Source of the DNA: Candidatus Omnitrophota bacterium
GTDB lineage: Bacteria > Omnitrophota > Gorgyraeia > JABMRN01 > RBG-13-46-9
Length of the DNA: 64,000 nt
Reading direction: 5' to 3'
Assembly: GCA_043817155.1 (NCBI GenBank)
Contig: JBDRHE010000059.1
Coordinates: 97-64,096, forward strand
In this document: positions 58,071 through 64,000 of the stretch, in pieces
Position numbering within the stretch: the stretch's first letter is position 1
Layout: each line of letters begins with the position of its first letter
The notes under the pieces: generated by a model
What the model saw: only the letters and a program-made list of their open reading frames with translations
What the model was told of the DNA's origin: nothing
Database searches by the model: none
Made by a program: the position numbers and the translations under genes

Positions 58071-59180
58071 TTAAACAAATTCCAGGTGTTCTCTATCCTG
58101 TTCTAAATATTCTAAAACAAGCTTGTTCTTTACATTCGCCACACAGTGATGGTTGCATGCCGCTCGGGGATCAATTTTAAAGAATTTGCTTTTATCCAAA
58201 AACCAGAAATCCTTAAACCTTCTCTCTTTTATAGATCCGATCAAGCCGTCTTTCAGGTTATATGCTTTGTCCTGGCACGGATATATATTCAGGTCTGCGC
58301 CGATGACAGGGAGAATCTGAAGATACGGACACCATGAATACTCTTTGTTGAATCTCTCTTCAAGGGTATGGTATGAATCGTTTATCTCAAAACCATCATC
58401 GGCAAAGTCATTCACCATTCTCCCGATCGCTTCTTTAACCGTATCAAATATGGAACTGTGATAAAGATTGTTCTCTGCGCCGTCATTGCTGACAATACAG
58501 GGTGAGATCTTCACATTATCTATTCCAATATCCTTAAGTCTTTTGACAAATTGGTATATATGAGCAGCGTTAACCCTATCGACTATTATGCTGACGCCCA
58601 GAATGCATTTGCCGCCCAATTTTTTGAAGCGCTCTATATTACTCATTACCTTTGCAAATTCCCGCCTATCCACACCCCTGTATCCGGAGTAGCTCTCTTC
58701 ATCCCACCCATCCATTGAGACACGAAGCCATGTTCCGTAACGCGCAAAGATCGCAGCCAAATCGCCATCCAACAGTGATCCGTTCGTCAATGCTGCAAAT
58801 TTGACCGAGCTCGATCGCAACCTGTTAATAGCTTCCGTAAGGTGAGGGTAGCAGAGGGGTTCCCCCCCTCCGCTAAAGGTAACGGACTTAACCCCCATCT
58901 CTACTATGTCATCCAATATCTCCATCACTTTCTCCCTGGGAATCTGGTCTCTCCTATTCATATCCTTCCCGAGTTGCAGCCCGTCCACCCTGTATGCACA
59001 ATATCTACAATTGTGATTACATATGTTTGTTGGCTTTATCCTTATATGGATGGGGTTCATCACCCTGTCTACAGAGGGCGAGAGAGAGTCTATCTTATCC
59101 ATATAATGGAATATCTTAAGATTCGAGTATATAACCTTCTTATGACAATTCCTGTTCCTAGTCGAAGTATATGAACTCAT
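58071..59180 (-). CDS. Radical SAM enzyme with C-terminal Cys-rich (SPASM/twitch-like) region
   Basis: TNICNHNCRYCAY; C-terminal CPYLQ...YPCQD...CNHHC; start uncertain, one candidate Met follows an AAGGTGAT RBS-like sequence. Confidence 0.7.
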   Translation of the reverse strand: MSSYTSTRNRNCHKKVIYSNLKIFHYMDKIDSLSPSVDRVMNPIHIRIKPTNICNHNCRYCAYRVDGLQLGKDMNRRDQIPREKVMEILDDIVEMGVKSVTFSGGGEPLCYPHLTEAINRLRSSSVKFAALTNGSLLDGDLAAIFARYGTWLRVSMDGWDEESYSGYRGVDRREFAKVMSNIERFKKLGGKCILGVSIIVDRVNAAHIYQFVKRLKDIGIDNVKISPCIVSNDGAENNLYHSSIFDTVKEAIGRMVNDFADDGFEINDSYHTLEERFNKEYSWCPYLQILPVIGADLNIYPCQDKAYNLKDGLIGSIKERRFKDFWFLDKSKFFKIDPRAACNHHCVANVKNKLVLEYLEQDREHLEFV

Positions 59181-59820
59181 AATCACCTTTATATCCAAAC
59201 TCATTAAACAACCATATCCACTCTTCGGGTCTAAAGAATCCCTCGCAAGTAAGCGCCCAGCACTGGAGGTTCGTAAGCTCCTCCTCGGTTCTATAGCTCT
59301 CAACTGCTATGTATTTATATTTACCGACCCTCTCGATCTCCTTCAAAGATGACTTTAGGTCGTTTATAAGAAGATTGTGCAGGGTTGTTATGGATATTAC
59401 AAGATCAAACTCTCCGTCCTTAAATGGGAATTTATCCTCGGCCCTATATACAAAGAGAGACTCCCTTATCTCCTCCTTTGCATTCTCTATGGCATATTTT
59501 GAAACATCGAAACCCATAACGCTTGACAGCGGAAGTAGCTTTTTAAACTCATAAAGCAGAAAGCCCTTTCCGCAACCCACATCCAGGATCCTGGCCTTTT
59601 GGGGAAGACCATACAACTCTTTAAGTCTCTCCGCGACAACGCTCCAGCGCCCGTCGTATCTGTACCCGCCGTAGCCATACCTTCTCTCCCCATCCCAGTA
59701 TTCTTTCCCATATTCCCTGGCGGTCTTCATACATCCGGCTTTACTGTTTGCCATTCTACCTGTATAGTCTCTTTTTGTCTTCTTATGCAACGGGTTTATT
59801 GCGCTAATCAATCTTCCCAT
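59158..59820 (-). CDS. Class I SAM-dependent methyltransferase
   Basis: ILDVGCGKGFLLYEF; MGFDVSKYAIE; start uncertain (several in-frame Met between 59754 and 59847). Confidence 0.7.
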   Translation of the reverse strand: MGRLISAINPLHKKTKRDYTGRMANSKAGCMKTAREYGKEYWDGERRYGYGGYRYDGRWSVVAERLKELYGLPQKARILDVGCGKGFLLYEFKKLLPLSSVMGFDVSKYAIENAKEEIRESLFVYRAEDKFPFKDGEFDLVISITTLHNLLINDLKSSLKEIERVGKYKYIAVESYRTEEELTNLQCWALTCEGFFRPEEWIWLFNEFGYKGDYEFIYFD

Positions 59821-59857
59821 AAGGCCCTCTCTTCTCTTTAAAACCATTATCCTTTTG

Positions 59858-60907
59858 CTAAACAACCTTATCGCCTTGAGAGCGGGGCATATTCTGGACA
59901 TAACCACCCCCGTGGGTTGTAACCGCAAACTTTCCAAGGCACAAATTAACGAGCTCCTCAAAAGATGATTCACAATCCTTTATCTTTTGATATGCTCTCG
60001 GGATCCCATGTAGATCTACTCTATTACGGGCACGCAATCGGCCGACTTCGGCAAATCCTATTTTTGGCAATAACTTGTCATAATTAATGGAATGGCGAAG
60101 TGGTTTCAGCTTGGAGCTATCTCTTATGTAGAGATATCCTCCTTTACGCAGTACCCTGGATGTTTGAGACATGAGCCATAGAATGCCTGCAGAATTTATT
60201 TCGTTAAGTACCCATGTCGCGGTAATAAGATCTATAGAGCCACTCTCAACGATACCAAAATGCCATGACGGAATATGCTTAAGTCTATATTCAGGATGTT
60301 TGTTTACAAGCGCTTTGATGGAACTCTCGCTTAAGTTAAAATTCTCACATTCAACGACATCCAGATATATCGCTTCACCTCCTGACAAGAACCTGAAGAA
60401 GTCGCGTTGGATCGAATAGCTGTGCGGACTTGCTTCAAGGGCGTAAAAGTTAGAATCGAATCCTTTCCGACTATAAACGGCATGCGTGCCAAGACCCGGA
60501 CCAATGTCCAGATGGTTTATAGGAGAGCTTATTCCCCCACAAAAACTGCGCAATGCGCAATAATCCTGTGCCCTCACTACAGCATTGCACGTAACGCTCT
60601 TCTTGAAATCGTCTTCCATATCGCTTGGGAACGGAACGAAATGACGATATGCTTTAGATAGACACTCTTCGATGGTCCTTAGCATTTCATCATAGTCATC
60701 TGTCCTTATTCTCTCGGGTGTGGGGTACTGCTCAAAGAACATTGTAAGATACTGCAGGAATGCCTGCGGGCCATGAACAACCTCCACTTTTGACAGCTGA
60801 TCAGCATCAACCCAGGAGAACGGATTACCTATGCGATGTAGCTTCTCGCCATACGCCCAGCCCTGGCTTATAAAGGCCCTATTCAACGAACGAATAATAT
60901 CTTCCAT
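59858..60907 (-). CDS. Class I SAM-dependent methyltransferase
   Basis: HLDIGPGLGTHA motif I; LRKGGYLYIRD motif. Confidence 0.65.
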   Translation of the reverse strand: MEDIIRSLNRAFISQGWAYGEKLHRIGNPFSWVDADQLSKVEVVHGPQAFLQYLTMFFEQYPTPERIRTDDYDEMLRTIEECLSKAYRHFVPFPSDMEDDFKKSVTCNAVVRAQDYCALRSFCGGISSPINHLDIGPGLGTHAVYSRKGFDSNFYALEASPHSYSIQRDFFRFLSGGEAIYLDVVECENFNLSESSIKALVNKHPEYRLKHIPSWHFGIVESGSIDLITATWVLNEINSAGILWLMSQTSRVLRKGGYLYIRDSSKLKPLRHSINYDKLLPKIGFAEVGRLRARNRVDLHGIPRAYQKIKDCESSFEELVNLCLGKFAVTTHGGGYVQNMPRSQGDKVV

Positions 60908-60920
60908 ATAACTCCTTTGA

Positions 60921-62681
60921 TTACTGTATGCATCTTACCTTCTCTGACCCATCTACAGCCAGAGCCGAGAGAAAATGCCTGAAGACCAGACCGCTTAAAC
61001 TGACACCTGAATCATTAATTCTATTCAAGAATCGATCATATAATTTACTATAGAGCAACCTATAACGCCCATAGGTACTATCGAAAAAGCTACTTGCTTC
61101 CTCTCTCAATCTCTCATCCGTACAATCATCCGATATGAGATCTATTATGTTGTTGAAGTACTCATATTGCCGCTTGCCCACTTCTTTATTTAGTTGTTCG
61201 TAGTTATTCTTAAACTGCAGATACTCATCTTGCAACATTTCAAAAACCTTTCGATTCATCCTGTTAGTCATCCTTGCGATCAGGTTGCCTATATTTGTCT
61301 GTAATGAGTGTACTTCCCTGGTATTGGGAAAACGCACCAAGAGACTCTCCCAATGACCGGTAACGCGCGCCGCCAGTGGATCCCTTATCTTATACTTTGG
61401 CAATTCCCAGTGCCTGCCTGTTTCAATTACCCTCCCTTCTCTTTTAAGCCGATCATAGATCTCGGAATCCCGGATAAGCATTAAAACATTCGAAACAAAA
61501 TTTATATTGTCCGTAAAATCATATTTATGTAAAAATTCAATATTCTCTCTAAGCGTCTCCTCCGTAGAGTTTGGCCCAAACATAATGAAACCTGTTAATA
61601 CATAAAAGAGGTCGAGATCCCTTAAGATCTTTGCGGTGCGATGATTGTCTTCAACTGTTGCCTTCTTTCCGTAAAGCTTGATCTCACTATCGTTGGCAGC
61701 GTCAGATCCAATGATAACGACATCGACCCCTGCCTCCTTATATAGCTTTAAAAGCTCAATATCCTCTTCGCCCCTCCATGAATCACAGCGCAGATAGACC
61801 TTTGCGGAAAAGGGAACCCCGCGCCTTATAATGCCTTCGCAGATACGGCGCGATCGAACCTTCCCGAGTTTACCCGGATCCTCAAAGGAACTATCAGAAA
61901 AATTGAATACCCTGGCGCTGTAACGCTTGCTTAGGTACTCTACCTCATCGATTACCCTTTCCGGCGATCTTCCTCTCCACCTCTTACCCGCATGAACCTT
62001 GTGATAAAAGTTGACTGCGCAAAAACTGCAATTGCCTACACAGCCCCTGGAACTTATCATGCGCACACTCTCTATAAGACCGCCATCTACTAAATCCCTC
62101 TTTGCGTCTTCCAAAAGATCCCTTGCCGGAAAAGGTAATGTATCCAGGTCCTCTATAACGCATCTCTGCCTGTTTCTTATGATGTCGCCCGATTCATTTC
62201 GCCACACAAGCCCGTCTATCGAGTGGAGATCAGTTCTCTTGGCCCCTACTGCCTTTAATAGCTCCAGGGTCGTTACTTCACCTTCCCCCAAGATTATGAA
62301 ATCGTAAAGAGGTTCTTCTTTTAGTATCTCTTCCGACTTCGAGCACAGAAATGGGCCGCCAAAGATCGAGATCGACTCTGGTCTTACCGATTTGATCTTT
62401 GCGACTACCGTCCGAACCGGATGGTAATTTACCGTATTCAGCTGAAACCCATATATGTCCGCTGAGATCCCGGTTATCTCATTCTCATCGGTGATTAAGG
62501 CAAAAGTGTCACCCTCTCTTCTTACAAAGCATTGCTTGAATATTACATTATATTCCTGGTCTCTTAAGTACGCACCTACGCAAGCTATGCCGAGGGGAAT
62601 CTCCTGTTCATACTGGTAGTCGCCTTCTGTAACGACATTCATCATAGCAACTGTTAGATTGCGCGCACTCATACCTTGCAA
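60921..62681 (-). CDS. Cobalamin-binding radical SAM enzyme
   Basis: B12-like N-terminus (ISIFGGPFLCSKSEE); SSRGCVGNCSFCAV. Confidence 0.8.
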   Translation of the reverse strand: MQGMSARNLTVAMMNVVTEGDYQYEQEIPLGIACVGAYLRDQEYNVIFKQCFVRREGDTFALITDENEITGISADIYGFQLNTVNYHPVRTVVAKIKSVRPESISIFGGPFLCSKSEEILKEEPLYDFIILGEGEVTTLELLKAVGAKRTDLHSIDGLVWRNESGDIIRNRQRCVIEDLDTLPFPARDLLEDAKRDLVDGGLIESVRMISSRGCVGNCSFCAVNFYHKVHAGKRWRGRSPERVIDEVEYLSKRYSARVFNFSDSSFEDPGKLGKVRSRRICEGIIRRGVPFSAKVYLRCDSWRGEEDIELLKLYKEAGVDVVIIGSDAANDSEIKLYGKKATVEDNHRTAKILRDLDLFYVLTGFIMFGPNSTEETLRENIEFLHKYDFTDNINFVSNVLMLIRDSEIYDRLKREGRVIETGRHWELPKYKIRDPLAARVTGHWESLLVRFPNTREVHSLQTNIGNLIARMTNRMNRKVFEMLQDEYLQFKNNYEQLNKEVGKRQYEYFNNIIDLISDDCTDERLREEASSFFDSTYGRYRLLYSKLYDRFLNRINDSGVSLSGLVFRHFLSALAVDGSEKVRCIQ

Positions 62682-63613
62682 CCTTTGCGGTCGTATTTCA
62701 GTAAAGATACCGCAGCATCCATGATATGGCGTTTCGAAAGGCCGTTCAATTCTTTCATCTCCTGGTATGTTCCGTACCCCGAAGGGAATACACCTTTTAA
62801 CCCTAACCGTTTGAACCTGACAGGCATATTCCCCTCTTCGAGTATGACTTCGGCAACAGCGCTGCCTAAGCCACCGAAAATCGTATGCTCTTCAACAGTT
62901 ATAATGGTTCGGGTATCACGAGCCGCAGCCAATATGATCTCTTTATCTATCGGTTTTATAGTATGAATGTTTACCACCCTGGCGGAGATACCGGATTCCT
63001 CCAGCTCATATGCCGCCTCGAGAACATCCTTAAGTATACCGCCGGTGACTATAAACGTGATGTCCCGGCCTTCTTTCAAAGTTACGCCTTGTCCGGTTTT
63101 AAATTCATAATCTCTGCTATATATCTGTGGGCTCCCACCGGTTGCGAGCCTGATATAAACCGGGCCATCGATCTTTCGGGCCGCAAAGGTTATCTTTCTA
63201 GATTCCATCGGGTCGGCCGGGGAAAGAATTGTCATATTCGGCAAAGCCCTCATCAGGGCAATGTCCTCTACCGCATGATGCGTAGGACCTAAATCGCTGT
63301 ATACGAATCCTGCGCCTATGCCAACGAGTTTGACATTCATCTTCTGCATGCAAACATCATTTCTTATCTGTTCAAAGGCCCGCATGGTAAGAAAAGCGGA
63401 GATCGTATACGCAAAAGGGATCTTGCCGCATGAGGCAAGACCGGCCGCGACACTTACCATGTTCGCTTCGGAAATCCCGAAATTTAAGAATTGATCTGGA
63501 AACTCCTTGCGATATTTATCATACACAATAGCGCCGTTGTCCGCAACCAGGGCAAGGATCCTATTATCGTTCTTTGCCAGCCCATAGAGCGCCTCTATAT
63601 ATGCGTTTCTCAT
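62669..63613 (-). CDS. Transketolase, C-terminal (pyrimidine-binding) subunit of a split transketolase
   Basis: FLNFGISEANMVSVAAGLA...GPTHHAVEDIALMRALPNMTI is the transketolase Pyr-domain signature; ~314 aa matches the split-TK B subunit size. Confidence 0.85.
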   Translation of the reverse strand: MRNAYIEALYGLAKNDNRILALVADNGAIVYDKYRKEFPDQFLNFGISEANMVSVAAGLASCGKIPFAYTISAFLTMRAFEQIRNDVCMQKMNVKLVGIGAGFVYSDLGPTHHAVEDIALMRALPNMTILSPADPMESRKITFAARKIDGPVYIRLATGGSPQIYSRDYEFKTGQGVTLKEGRDITFIVTGGILKDVLEAAYELEESGISARVVNIHTIKPIDKEIILAAARDTRTIITVEEHTIFGGLGSAVAEVILEEGNMPVRFKRLGLKGVFPSGYGTYQEMKELNGLSKRHIMDAAVSLLKYDRKGCKV

Positions 63614-64000
63614 TATATCTTTTCCTCGAAATCGGCAATGTCCAGCTCTTTACACGCAATTTTCATCTCTTCGGCGTTTGGCAATCTGTAATGCCAGATA
63701 GGGGCATTTTCCATAAATGAGATCCCTTTGCCTTTAGTGGTATTGGCCACTACAAGGCCTGGTTTGCCCTTTCTGAAGGGAACATCTTTAAATACACCTA
63801 CCAGCTGTGAAACATCGTGACCGTCTACCTCTTCTACTTCCCACCCAAACGCCTTCCATTTATCGACCATCGGGTCCAGTGACACTATATTCTCGAGTCT
63901 GTCCATAGCTTGAAATCTGTTGTTGTCTATTATGACTACAAGGTTATCAAGCTTATGCTGCGGGGCAAATAGCGCAGCTTCCCATACCGAACCTTCCTGA
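63613..64000 (-). CDS. Transketolase N-terminal (ThDP-binding) subunit, 3' end only; gene continues beyond the window
   Basis: C-terminal part GKPGLVVANTTKGKGISFMEN...WHYRLP typical of the TK N-terminal subunit; reading frame open to the window edge. Confidence 0.7.
   Translation of the reverse strand, partial: QEGSVWEAALFAPQHKLDNLVVIIDNNRFQAMDRLENIVSLDPMVDKWKAFGWEVEEVDGHDVSQLVGVFKDVPFRKGKPGLVVANTTKGKGISFMENAPIWHYRLPNAEEMKIACKELDIADFEEKI

Noticed and set aside
1148-63691. Numerous plus-strand ORFs of 60-330 aa lying inside minus-strand genes (e.g. 1148..1639, 2070..2783, 24700..25308, 36784..37779)
   Set aside because: They are antisense shadow ORFs wholly contained in well-supported minus-strand coding regions. 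They have no motifs or RBS, and their composition is biased by the opposite-strand codons.

Overview
Nearly the whole window is one co-directional gene array on the minus strand (about 58 ORFs from the window end down to 820). Most neighbouring genes are 4-bp start/stop overlaps, so it reads as one or two giant operons, split only by a 197-bp structured spacer at 27230-27426. The content is a glycan biosynthesis and tailoring cluster of unusual chemical density. Counts are:
- 12 radical SAM enzymes, six with an N-terminal cobalamin-binding domain and six with SPASM/twitch C-terminal Cys clusters.
- About 10 class I SAM methyltransferases.
- 5 acylneuraminate-type cytidylyltransferase (CMP-sugar synthetase) paralogs, one fused to a GT2 domain.
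- A CBS-domain sugar-1-phosphate nucleotidyltransferase (PtmE-like).
- A WbuX/HisH/HisF-type acetamidino-forming triad.
- 2 sulfotransferase-like proteins.
- A NodU/CmcH carbamoyltransferase.
- A ChbG/YdjC deacetylase.
- Several NAD(P)-dependent sugar-modifying enzymes (an epimerase/dehydratase, SDR, RmlD-like, Gfo/Idh/MocA), a 2-hydroxyacid dehydrogenase and an Ldh_2 oxidoreductase.
- A HAD phosphatase.
- Polyprenyl-phosphate-type and other GT2 enzymes, and a GT-C-like membrane protein.
- 2 MsbA-type ABC exporters.
- Several large unassigned proteins that are candidate novel transferases.
- A split transketolase at the right edge, truncated by the window.
The left 800 bp is non-coding and densely structured, with nested inverted repeats sharing a GTGTGGGG core and a plus-strand terminator-like hairpin. 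It probably marks the cluster boundary. No Wzx/Wzy, NeuB-type synthase or aminotransferase is visible in the window. Whether the source is bacterial or archaeal cannot be settled from sequence alone. All functional calls are motif and architecture recognition done by eye, not database searches.
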